A stretch of DNA of 64,000 bases. Origin: an uncultured delta proteobacterium (GTDB lineage Bacteria; Bdellovibrionota; FAC87; UBA2466). The position numbers were made by a program, and so were the translations under genes. Below are positions 1-8,406 of this stretch, in pieces; position 1 is the stretch's first letter, and each line of letters opens with the position of its first letter. The stretch is from assembly GCA_963778115.1 (NCBI GenBank), contig CAVZSV010000007.1, positions 293,719 to 357,718 on the forward strand, given 5' to 3'. The notes beneath the pieces are model-generated. The model made no database searches. It was not told the DNA's origin and was given only the letters and a program-made list of their open reading frames with translations.

Positions 1-785
1 AGCGCCCAGACCTCATTAGAAGTACAAGCCCCACTGACACCGGAACAATTTGAGGTACATTGATTGGTATAGGAAGGATTATTGGGATCGGTTCCCAGCG
101 GAGGCGGTTGAATGCCGCACGCCTTCAGGCCTCCGGCCGCCGAGCAAATAGGACTGCACGAGATCACTTTGGCTGGCCATGGACAAGAGACAGAACCGGT
201 TCCCGTTACGCTGAACAATCCCATTTTCTGGCACCCCAAAATGAAGCCGGGGACCGAGGGTGTCATCGATAACTGGAAGTAAACCGCCCCAGTTAGAGGT
301 ATCGGCTGTCCTGAGGCGCTGGCAGTTACGGTAAGTGTTGTGAAATAGCTTGTTGACACCGAGGGGGGAGATGCCGGTGTGACCGGGACCATGGAAGCGA
401 TGGTGACGGACGTTACCGTAATCTGACCGAATTGCATCCCAGCGGTCAAAACAGTTGAATTGGCCAAAGTTAAGGTCACGGACGCCAGCGGACTGGGAGA
501 TGTCGGTACAGGCGCCGGCGGAACTGGCGGAGTAATAGCGCTTTGAAGCAGGGGGAACCTAAGTGCCGCTTGGCAATGCGTTTTGTCATGGAGCGTAAGC
601 CTAGTTATCTGCATTAAATTCTGAAAATCGCGCTGAGCGTTCAGCGTGCCCGAGTTATTGAAAAGAAGTCTCGACAAGGACCCTATCGCACCAAAAAGAA
701 CGACTAGCGCGAAGCTTACGACCACTACTTCGATCAAGGTAACGCCATGGCGGGAGTTAAATGGCGAATGGCAAGTAAACCGCAT
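1..785 (-). CDS. type IV pilin-like protein (prepilin-type N-terminal cleavage/methylation domain), partial; C-terminus runs off the window edge
   Basis: Minus-strand frame is open from ATG (reverse complement of cat at 783-785) to position 3. I checked all 261 plus-strand frame triplets and found no TTA/CTA/TCA. N-terminus MRFTCHSPFNSRHG|VTLIEVVVVSFALVVLFGAIGSL has a basic leader, a Gly, then the xTLIE motif and a hydrophobic helix, which is a class III prepilin signal. The gene is absent from the ORF track because it has no stop inside the window. The C-terminal part is Thr/Ser/Pro-rich with several Cys. Confidence 0.6.
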   Translation of the reverse strand, partial: MRFTCHSPFNSRHGVTLIEVVVVSFALVVLFGAIGSLSRLLFNNSGTLNAQRDFQNLMQITRLTLHDKTHCQAALRFPLLQSAITPPVPPAPVPTSPSPLASVTLTLANSTVLTAGMQFGQITVTSVTIASMVPVTPASPPSVSTSYFTTLTVTASASGQPIPLTGAVYFQLSMTPSVPGFILGCQKMGLFSVTGTGSVSCPWPAKVISCSPICSAAGGLKACGIQPPPLGTDPNNPSYTNQCTSNCSGVSGACTSNEVWA

Positions 786-955
786 CCGGGAATTATACCA
801 TTCTTTTGTTTGTTGACTCGAGCTTCAATGTTCTTTCGGCCGGCCCTTCGGCTCGGCAATAGATGGAGGCAAATTCGTCAAGTCTCAGCATGCGTTCTTA
901 ATATAGAATCCAAAAAAACCTTAACCTACCATAGGCAATTCACAGTCAGACGATA

Positions 956-1645
956 TCAGAACACATCGCCTTCAATGTATTTATATTGATAAATAAAATC
1001 ACACCGAATCTCGCTGGGGGTCGAAGGTCTTTCCGAACCCGTTGGATACCAGTAGTACTTCGCACAATTGAGCGGGTATAGATCTTCGTTAGGATATTCG
1101 GGAACGAAATCCATAATGGCATATTCGTCCCAATCAAAATTTAAGGCGGGAGAGCTAAAGTGCTCCTGATCGAAACGAATCGCTTTTGAAGAAGGAGTTT
1201 TCTGTTGTGTCTTCACATAGGCTTTCTCCAAGGCCGCATAAAGAGCTTCCGCGTCACTGCCACCGATAGAAAACCCTTTTGGATGAAATCGGTTTCCCCA
1301 CGCGGCTATCGGACTTTTCTTAAGACTCCAACTCACTACTTTTTCGGTGCCCTGATTCAGCGCTATCCGACATTGAGCTTGATTCGTAGCGGTGGCTAGT
1401 GCTGGTGTCCCCACGCGAGGACGAATCACGTCGACAAAACACTCGGCACTTTCCATATCATCCCAATTCGGTGCACCAAAAGCCAACGCCAGCGCTTTTG
1501 AACTTTCTGGATGATAGGTCCGCCACGAAATCCGACGAGTGTTCTCGTCGGAATCCGCTTTTGAAACCGGCCCGATGGTGAAATTTAAGAGTATGGTAGC
1601 TACTGATAAAAAAAAGAACGCAGGACGACTTACCCGTCTTTCCAT
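956..1645 (-). CDS. hypothetical secreted protein (N-terminal signal peptide), upstream of and co-directional with the pilin-like gene
   Basis: 229-aa ORF with a hydrophobic N-terminus FFFLSVATILLNF. I recognise no catalytic motif. Confidence 0.45.
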   Translation of the reverse strand: MERRVSRPAFFFLSVATILLNFTIGPVSKADSDENTRRISWRTYHPESSKALALAFGAPNWDDMESAECFVDVIRPRVGTPALATATNQAQCRIALNQGTEKVVSWSLKKSPIAAWGNRFHPKGFSIGGSDAEALYAALEKAYVKTQQKTPSSKAIRFDQEHFSSPALNFDWDEYAIMDFVPEYPNEDLYPLNCAKYYWYPTGSERPSTPSEIRCDFIYQYKYIEGDVF

Positions 1646-1647
1646 TT

Positions 1648-1656
1648 CCCCCCCCC
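1648..1656. repeat. homopolymeric C9 tract (G9 on the minus strand), 3 nt upstream of the ATG of the 956..1645 gene
   Basis: The sequence ...tttcccccccccaatc... is read directly; the tract overlaps the expected RBS position. Confidence 0.9.
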
Positions 1657-1740
1657 AATCATTTTAAACTGCGATAGATGACAAATGGTGTCAACGCAAA
1701 AAAAAACAAAAAACCACTATCGTCGCGTGACGGATAAATC

Positions 1741-1776
1741 GAGTTCCGAGTTCCGAGTTCCGAGTTCCGAGTTCCG
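1741..1776. repeat. heptanucleotide microsatellite (GAGTTCC)x5 in a divergent intergenic region
   Basis: Five perfect tandem copies are read directly, flanked by A-rich tracts. The repeat lies between the minus-strand gene starting at 1645 and the plus-strand gene starting at 2156. Confidence 0.9.
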
Positions 1777-2155
1777 AAAAAATAAAATAAAAAAAACCAA
1801 ACCGTCAGCGATGGAACAGACTAGTCACCTCTTTACGTGCGAAACGGCCTCGCGACCGGTAATTCAGGACGGTAAAAGAACCCCTTTATTCGTTCACGTA
1901 CGTCGATTTATCTTCAAATCAGCCCAAACTGTCTATCTATTAGGCAAAACTGTTTAGGTTTTGAGAACGGCCCACAAGACTTAAAGAAATAATAACTTAG
2001 CTCCGTTTTTAGCTCCGAGTGAACACTAAGTTACCAATTTACCGAGTCCCATCGTCCGTAACTTAGGCACCGTTCTAGTGGAACGAAAATTGCTCTGAAT
2101 ACCCCGTAACATCTCTTCTTTGTGCCCCAAAATGTAGTCCGTTTGGAGTTACCGT

Positions 2156-3700
2156 ATGCGCTTATCACACAGACTCACCCTTTTATCTTTCGCTCTTATT
2201 CTGATCATCGCTGTCAGTGGGTGTTCCTCTTCGAAACAATCTTCCTCAGATTCGGGGTCCGGTTTACCGGGAGCAGGATCGGGAACGACGGGATCCATCA
2301 TTCCTAGTGGTAGCGGTTCGACAGCAGCGATCGCCTCTATCGGAATCACCGCTCCTTCTTCAGCCCCCGTGGAGACATGCGTCCCTGTGGTCTTTAACGC
2401 GTTAGACGCGAACGGAAATTCGCTCACGCTATCCAGTGCCGTCTCGTTTAAGCTCACCGGCCTCACGTCCGCAACCCTTTACACGGACAATCTGTGTTCC
2501 CTTGCCGCAAGTTCGCTCACGATTCCCGCGCAAGCCGCGAATGTGACGTTTTACGTGCTTCCCTCGGCAGCGGGTACTTTATCCGTCAGCTTAACTGCCA
2601 GTTTTGGAACGTTTCCTTTTACCATAAGTATTCTTCCCGATGCCGTGACGCAGATGCAGCTTACCGGTCCCTCCGTCGTTGCTGCAACGACGTGTGCTGG
2701 CCCTTTCACCGTGACTTTACAAACGACAAAAGGGCTCGCCACAGAGACTGGAATTGCTCGCCGAATTACGGTAGGAGCGGATCAACCACGAGGAGGCACG
2801 GGCCTTACCTACTCCGACAATGGCTGCGCCAATGTCGTAGATGGCTTGAATTTCGCGGTAGGTGACGCTTCTCACAACTTCTATTTCAAAGAGTCACAAG
2901 GCCAAGGGCTTTCGTTAGTAGCTACGGCCGGACCTGATGTTCTTGCCGACGCAGTTCTTCCCATTATCGTGACGACGACAGGGGCCGGACTTTCCCTGGG
3001 GCTTCGCCAATCGGACCTCTACTTTAATAGCTTTAAAGGGGTCACTTTAGAGAGAACTTTGACACTGACTAATTTCGGAGCCGTGGCCCTACCCACCGGA
3101 GTGAGTTTCTCAGCGACCAATTTTACGTTCAAGGGCGGAACCTATCCTGGGACGGGGGGAACGTGTACCGCCAATGTCGATGTGAAAGCGGCTTCCCAAT
3201 GTACGATCGTCGTCGATTTCTTTATCGCAAACACGGGAGCCACCGCCGGAGCGGGAGTGGAAACGGTAGTTTCCACTTTTAATATCGCCTTTGGAACGGG
3301 GACTACGATTCCGTACACGGGTCAGGCGATTGGCACCGCATTCCCGACACCTCTTTTACAAATATCCTCTGCCCCCAATTTTAATTTTCCTATTATGTCA
3401 CTTTCGGGAGCTACCACCTCTACCAAGACTTTCTCAGTTACCAATCCGACCAAACTCCCCGTTGGAAATATTACGGGCTCCCTCTCGGAACAGGACGTTA
3501 ATTTTCTGGGGGGAGCTTACCCCGGAACGGGCGGAACCTGTTCCACTTCACTTGCAGCCGGTAAGACTTGCACGATAGTCCTGCAGTACGCACCTAAAAC
3601 GACGAGCATCCCCGAAGCGGGATACTTGGAACTTACTTACTCCACCAACGGAGTTACCAACTCGGATTACGTTGGAATTACTGCCTTCACTAACCCTTAG
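2156..3700 (+). CDS. surface lipoprotein, Ser/Thr/Gly-rich, with repeated beta-domain motif
   Basis: Signal peptide plus lipobox LIIAVSG|C. A motif GG(T/A)YPGTGGTC...C(T)IV..F is repeated at least twice, resembling ASH/choice-of-anchor-type beta-sandwich repeats. Confidence 0.6.
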   Translation: MRLSHRLTLLSFALILIIAVSGCSSSKQSSSDSGSGLPGAGSGTTGSIIPSGSGSTAAIASIGITAPSSAPVETCVPVVFNALDANGNSLTLSSAVSFKLTGLTSATLYTDNLCSLAASSLTIPAQAANVTFYVLPSAAGTLSVSLTASFGTFPFTISILPDAVTQMQLTGPSVVAATTCAGPFTVTLQTTKGLATETGIARRITVGADQPRGGTGLTYSDNGCANVVDGLNFAVGDASHNFYFKESQGQGLSLVATAGPDVLADAVLPIIVTTTGAGLSLGLRQSDLYFNSFKGVTLERTLTLTNFGAVALPTGVSFSATNFTFKGGTYPGTGGTCTANVDVKAASQCTIVVDFFIANTGATAGAGVETVVSTFNIAFGTGTTIPYTGQAIGTAFPTPLLQISSAPNFNFPIMSLSGATTSTKTFSVTNPTKLPVGNITGSLSEQDVNFLGGAYPGTGGTCSTSLAAGKTCTIVLQYAPKTTSIPEAGYLELTYSTNGVTNSDYVGITAFTNP

Positions 3701-3757
3701 CGGATTCCACGAACGCAAACATCGCCACTCAAAACCTCTTCCACCCTCTAATCGTAG

Positions 3758-4990
3758 CTAGCTTTGCTTTTTTAATTTCACCAGCCCCATGACACGTCCC
3801 GTGGTAAGGGCATTCACGAAAAGAGTCGAAAATACCACTGAAAGAGCAAGCGCGATAAACAGCTCTCGGTGAGCAAACGACTCGGGCAGCATAAGCACGA
3901 GCCCCAAGGCTAACCCTCCCCGAATTCCGCCCCAGAAGAGTACGACTTGATAGGCGAAGCTAATGGGCTCTTTTTTTCGAACTCGATTCACCACGGGTAT
4001 GACTGTAAAAATCGAAAAGGCCCGCGCTAAATACACTATGAGTAGCGTAAGAGGAATGTAGTTAAGACTGATCCTTAAAAGATGGGGATCCACAGAGAGA
4101 CCGACCGTAAAAAAAACGAGTGTATTGGCAGCAAGCCCTAAAAAATCCCAAACGTGTTGCATCCCCTCTAATGAGGCCTTGCTAAATTCCCGACGAGCGT
4201 GGCGTCCTACGCCCAGCCCCACCACCATCGTGGCGATTACCCCACTCACATGCAAAAAATGATCGGCTAGAATAAAACTTAGAAACGCTGCGCAAACCGT
4301 AATGCCCAATTGGGCGGCACTCGACTGAGAAGCGAACTTAAGCAGCATGACCACGGCAACGGTAACTACGATTCCCACGAGCACCGCTCCCCCGGCTACC
4401 AAAAAAAACTGGACGATACTCCACCCCCAGACAGAGGGGCTTAGTTCGACGGCTACGGAGGCGGCGATTAGCGTTCGAAAAAGAACGATGGCGGTCCCGT
4501 CGTTGAGTAAACTCTCTCCTTCCACCAGAGTGGTAAGGCGCAGCGGAGCTCCGACTTCCTTGAAGAGGGCAACTACCGCAACGGGATCCGTGGCAGAGAT
4601 GAGGGCACCGAAAGTAAGGCAGGCAATCAAGTCGAGATCAAAAACGTGGTGTAGTCCCCAGCCGATGAGTATCGTCGATAACAAAAGTGAAATGATGGCA
4701 AGCGTAGCCAATGCGGTTAAATCTTTCTTTAACCAGCCGAGATCCAGATGAAAGGAGGAATCAAATACCAAAGGAGGCAGTAATACGAAAAAGACTAGCT
4801 CCGGAAAAATCTTGTGGAGCAAGCGAGGCAAATTAGGAGAAATGGCGGGATGGTTGTGAAGGACCAGACCAGCCGCCACCCCAAGCACTACCAAAAAAAC
4901 ACTATGAGGAATCCGCAGCAAAAACGAGATACGGGTCGCCACAAATCCAGCTAACAAAAGAGCCATTACGATGAAAACAATTTCGGACAT
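3758..4990 (-). CDS. Na+/H+ antiporter, CPA1 (NhaP-type) family
   Basis: Polytopic 410-aa protein. The motif ATDPVAVVALFKEVGAPLRLTTLVEGESLLNDGTAIVLF is characteristic of CPA1 exchangers. Confidence 0.8.
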   Translation of the reverse strand: MSEIVFIVMALLLAGFVATRISFLLRIPHSVFLVVLGVAAGLVLHNHPAISPNLPRLLHKIFPELVFFVLLPPLVFDSSFHLDLGWLKKDLTALATLAIISLLLSTILIGWGLHHVFDLDLIACLTFGALISATDPVAVVALFKEVGAPLRLTTLVEGESLLNDGTAIVLFRTLIAASVAVELSPSVWGWSIVQFFLVAGGAVLVGIVVTVAVVMLLKFASQSSAAQLGITVCAAFLSFILADHFLHVSGVIATMVVGLGVGRHARREFSKASLEGMQHVWDFLGLAANTLVFFTVGLSVDPHLLRISLNYIPLTLLIVYLARAFSIFTVIPVVNRVRKKEPISFAYQVVLFWGGIRGGLALGLVLMLPESFAHRELFIALALSVVFSTLFVNALTTGRVMGLVKLKKQS

Positions 4991-5146
4991 AGGCGGCCAA
5001 AATAGCCTAGGAGGAAGCGTTAAACAACAAAGGATGACGGGGGGTTACTCTTAGTACTTAAACATGGCACGCCTTCCGAACCGCCCTATAACAGCCCGCA
5101 TCAATCAAGACTTTAGAGGCTCGCCGTTCCGACAAGTGCTTAACAA

Positions 5147-6211
5147 TGAAAGTAACTTATTACTGGAGGGGCGGGGTTCATTGGCAGTCGAATCGCGGCA
5201 CTTGCACCCCCTTCGGTTGAACTGGTCGTGATTGATCTGCTCGTCCCTCAGATCCACGGCCCCAATGCCACCTTCCCGACTCCATTAGCAGCTCGAGCCA
5301 AATGTATCCAAGCGGATATCGCGGAAACCAAATCGTATGAGAGCGAATTGAAGGGGCTGGATGCCGTCATTCATCTTGCGGCCCAAACCGGCAAGGGACA
5401 ATCGATGTATGAACTTGCAACGTACGTTCGCGATAACGTACTTGGCACCGCTCGTCTGCTCGACGGCATTGCCGGAATGAAGCAAAAACCCGCTAAAATT
5501 CTACTGGCCTCAAGCCGCGCCGTTTACGGTGAAGGCCGGTATCAAACTCAGGAGGATGGTTCGGTCTTTCATCCACAAGCCAGAAGTGCCTCCGATCTAT
5601 CGCTTGGGATATGGGGGATTCATCAAGCCGGGAAAAAGTTTTCCGTACCGATGCCGATGACGGAGAGCCAAACGCCGATGCCCGTATCGGTATATGGTCA
5701 CACTAAATTGTGGCAAGAAGAGTTGGTATCTCGCTGGTGCTCAATGCATTCCTCAACTGCTTCGATTTTGCGACTTCAAAACGTATATGGACCCGGCCAA
5801 AGCCCCCGCAATCCGTACACGGGAATTCTCGCCGTTTTTGCGACAGCCCTGCTTCGAAAGCAATCCGTCGAACTCTTTGAAGACGGAAAGATGACTCGTG
5901 ATTTTGTTTTCGTTGACGATGTCGCCAAAAGTTTCTTGCAGGTTTTAGAACGCTCCCCGTCGAATCCTATTCTAAATATTGGTTCGGCAACGAGCGTTAC
6001 TCTATTTGCGCTGGTGCTGTTGATGGGAAAAATTCTCAATATCAAAACCAGCATCAATGTTTCCGGACGGGCGCGCGTCGGAGATATTCGCCACGCCGTC
6101 GCCGACATTACGCAAATGCGATCGGATCTCAAATCCATTTCGCTCACCTCATTAGCCGAGGATCTGACAAGGACAAAGATTAATTGCCCCCGACAGGAAT
6201 CGAACCTGTAA
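5147..6211 (+). CDS. NAD-dependent epimerase/dehydratase family protein; N-terminus apparently disrupted by a 1-nt frameshift
   Basis: The Rossmann motif ITGGAGFIGS is encoded at 5159-5188 in the frame of the long ORF. The only ATG (5147, MKVTYYW...) sits in the +1 frame, and a TAA at 5153-5155 precedes the GxxGxxG motif in the main frame. A YGHTK catalytic Tyr/Lys motif and a C-terminal ...GDIRH... segment are present. The ORF's last codons overlap the tRNA on the opposite strand. Confidence 0.55.
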
Positions 6212-6256
6212 TTAGGGATTAGGAATCCCTCGTTATATCCATTTAACTACAGGGGC
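6185..6256 (-). tRNA. tRNA-Arg (anticodon CCT)
   Basis: The reverse complement GCCCCTG TA GTTA AATGGAT ATAAC G AGGGA TTCCTAA TCCCT AATT ACAGG TTCGATT CCTGT CGGGGGC A folds into a cloverleaf. It has a 7-bp acceptor stem with one G-U pair, the T-loop TTCGATT, and a 7-nt anticodon loop with CCT at positions 34-36. No CCA is encoded. Confidence 0.85.
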
Positions 6257-6291
6257 AAAGAACGAGGAATTATGGTCTAAGATGCATAAAA

Positions 6292-6420
6292 AGCCAACCT
6301 TCTGTCATTGCGAGAAGCGAAGCGACGGGGCAACCCGTAAGGGGTTGGCTGAAGCGTGTTGAGTCCTCGTCCATGCGATCTACCGATCGCTTCGGCTTCG
6401 CCTCGCTCTTAGCTTTCTTG
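6292..6420. repeat. dispersed palindromic element, copy A (CTGTCATTGCGAGAAGCGAAGCG... family)
   Basis: Outer inverted repeat agccaacc (6292) / ggttggct (6342). The GC-rich arms gcgagaagcgaagcg and cgcttcggcttcgcctcgc are imperfect inverse complements. The TGTCATT core is present at 6303 and again at 6413. A T8 run follows at 6434-6441. Confidence 0.6.
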
Positions 6421-6606
6421 TCATTAAAAAGAGGTTTTTTTTGATATTTCCGTCGACAATCTAGGTGTCTAAGAACCAGTCACCGTAACCTCCCGGCCCC
6501 CCATGGAAATCCATTTTTTTACGATACCCCTGCCAAAAAGTTCGACAATAGTTCAAATATTACACGCCTGAAAAGTAGGTATTCAAGTTGCATACTAGTT
6601 AGGTTA

Positions 6607-7668
6607 ATGACTAGAACACTTTTGTCTTTCTTTTGGTTCCTTCTTTTGGCGGGCTGTTCGGGACCTGCGCTTCAAATGTCCGGAGCAACTGCGAACAATA
6701 ATTCAACCACGGTTCCTTCCGGCGGTAGCTCTACGAATAAAACAGGTGCTGGAACAAGCGGCGTCACGGGAGGAACCCCTACTAGTTCGACGACTGCCAC
6801 CCTTTGTTATCCTCAAACGGTTCTTACGCCGACAGCGACTAACTCAGTTAACGCCATTCTGCCTGCGGCTTATTGGCGCCTTAACGATTACTCCACGAAA
6901 CCCACGGCGGCGGATTCCTCTGGCTATACCAATTCAAATAACGGAACCTACGGAAGTGGTATCGCAGACTCTACGTTGAGTCCGCTCGTCGCTGTGGCGG
7001 GAATCACGAACGCCTCAGCCCTATTCTCAAATGCTACCAGCAGTATTATCGGTTTCTCTAATGCGCTTAATAGTAATTTTAATGCGAGCAGTACTGCCGC
7101 GACGGTTGAATTTTGGATGCTTTGGGGCGGACCTAATGGAACTAATGGCAGCACCAGCAGTAATGAAATGCCCTTCACCTTCGGAAGCGGCACTGGAAAT
7201 GCCTACGATTTTACGGTTCACACTAACAACAACGGAACCTACTTAGCGTTCAACGCCACCAATAATACCTATTATGGCGTTGCCTATACTCCCTCTACTA
7301 CCACCTGGGTCCACATCGCCGCTGTCTTTCAAAACGGCGCTTCGGGCACTAATCAGAACCCCGTCACCGTAGCCAATAACCTTATCTACGTAAATGGACA
7401 GCTCATGCTCTCACCGACCATCGCTGCGGCGGCCAACCCTACGGCAAATACTATCCTCGGGAGCTCTAATTTCTCGGGCTCTCTTAGCAGCAACATCCAG
7501 ATCTCTGGATGGCGCGGAGTTACTGGTAGCGGGTCGAATTATACCGGTTCGAATGATAATTTTTTCATTGGGAATCTAGCGGAAGTGGCGCTCTACAACG
7601 GCGCTCTCTCGGCTGACGAAATCGCCCTTCACTATAGCGCTGCTAACATTCCTTGCGTCGCTCCTTAA
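6607..7668 (+). CDS. lipoprotein with C-terminal LamG-like (concanavalin A-like lectin) domain
   Basis: Signal peptide plus lipobox LLLAG|C. The C-terminal ...LAEVALYNGALSADEIALHYSAAN matches the LamG_3 domain end motif repeated in the giant protein at 10057..14934. Confidence 0.6.
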   Translation: MTRTLLSFFWFLLLAGCSGPALQMSGATANNNSTTVPSGGSSTNKTGAGTSGVTGGTPTSSTTATLCYPQTVLTPTATNSVNAILPAAYWRLNDYSTKPTAADSSGYTNSNNGTYGSGIADSTLSPLVAVAGITNASALFSNATSSIIGFSNALNSNFNASSTAATVEFWMLWGGPNGTNGSTSSNEMPFTFGSGTGNAYDFTVHTNNNGTYLAFNATNNTYYGVAYTPSTTTWVHIAAVFQNGASGTNQNPVTVANNLIYVNGQLMLSPTIAAAANPTANTILGSSNFSGSLSSNIQISGWRGVTGSGSNYTGSNDNFFIGNLAEVALYNGALSADEIALHYSAANIPCVAP

Positions 7669-7720
7669 CACCAACTAAATTCATTGACCCCAAACGGCAA
7701 CTCCTGGCACTAACGTAGCC

Positions 7721-8392
7721 ATGGATTCGCTACTTATTCTTGTTAAAACCATTCCTGTCGCTTTCATGGCGTTAATGCCGGTCATTAATCCTATTGGAAC
7801 GGCCATCGTCCTGTTAAGCCTTACGGACGGAGCTGATGACCTGGTAAGGCGTTCCTTAGCCAAATCGGTAGCCATTAATACGGTGATTCTGCTGACGGGA
7901 CTGCTATTGGGGGGAAGTTACGTATTAGCATTTTTTGGGATATCGGTGCCCATCGTACAAGTCGCAGGAGGGGCGGTACTCTCTGCGATGGGCTGGAGGC
8001 TTTTAAACCGGACCGACAACCCGAATGAAGAGAGATCGTCAGTTTCTTCCCCCGGAAATGTGGATAGCTACGCTTCCAAAGCCTTCTACCCCTACACCTT
8101 TCCTATCACCGTAGGCCCAGGAGGTGTTGCGGTCTCTCTCACCTTGAGTGCCCATACCACCCACCAAACTTTAATGGATACCGCGATGGAGCAGGCAGGA
8201 GCCTTTGTCGGCTTTTTAGGCATCGGACTGGTGGTCTATCTCTGTTTTGCTTACTCCAATCGCCTCGCCAAGCGGCTGGGGCCCCAGGCCATCTCGGTCA
8301 TGATGCGGCTTATCGCTTTCGTGGTGGTTTGTATTGGGGCACAGATCTGCTGGACGGGGATATCGACCTTAGCGCTTTCTCTTAAGAGCTAG
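7721..8392 (+). CDS. MarC family integral membrane protein (UPF0056)
   Basis: N-terminal FMALMPVINPIGTAIVLLSLT is the family signature; about 6 TM segments. Confidence 0.8.
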   Translation: MDSLLILVKTIPVAFMALMPVINPIGTAIVLLSLTDGADDLVRRSLAKSVAINTVILLTGLLLGGSYVLAFFGISVPIVQVAGGAVLSAMGWRLLNRTDNPNEERSSVSSPGNVDSYASKAFYPYTFPITVGPGGVAVSLTLSAHTTHQTLMDTAMEQAGAFVGFLGIGLVVYLCFAYSNRLAKRLGPQAISVMMRLIAFVVVCIGAQICWTGISTLALSLKS

Positions 8393-8406
8393 GACCTACA
8401 ATCATG

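Noticed and set aside
60-989. Small plus-strand ORFs (60..272, 747..989)
   Set aside because: They overlap the much longer, motif-supported minus-strand pilin-like frame.
1685-1957. 90-aa ORF (MVSTQKKTKNHYRRV...SSEFRVPSSEFRK...)
   Set aside because: It is translated straight through the A-tracts and the (GAGTTCC)5 microsatellite of an intergenic promoter region. The repeated SSEFR peptide is an artefact of the DNA repeat.
6170-6211. The last ~14 codons of the epimerase ORF, which overlap tRNA-Arg on the opposite strand
   Set aside because: This is likely non-conserved read-through to the first available stop. The functional C-terminus probably ends near ...LAEDLTRT, so it is not evidence of a real gene/tRNA overlap of functional importance.
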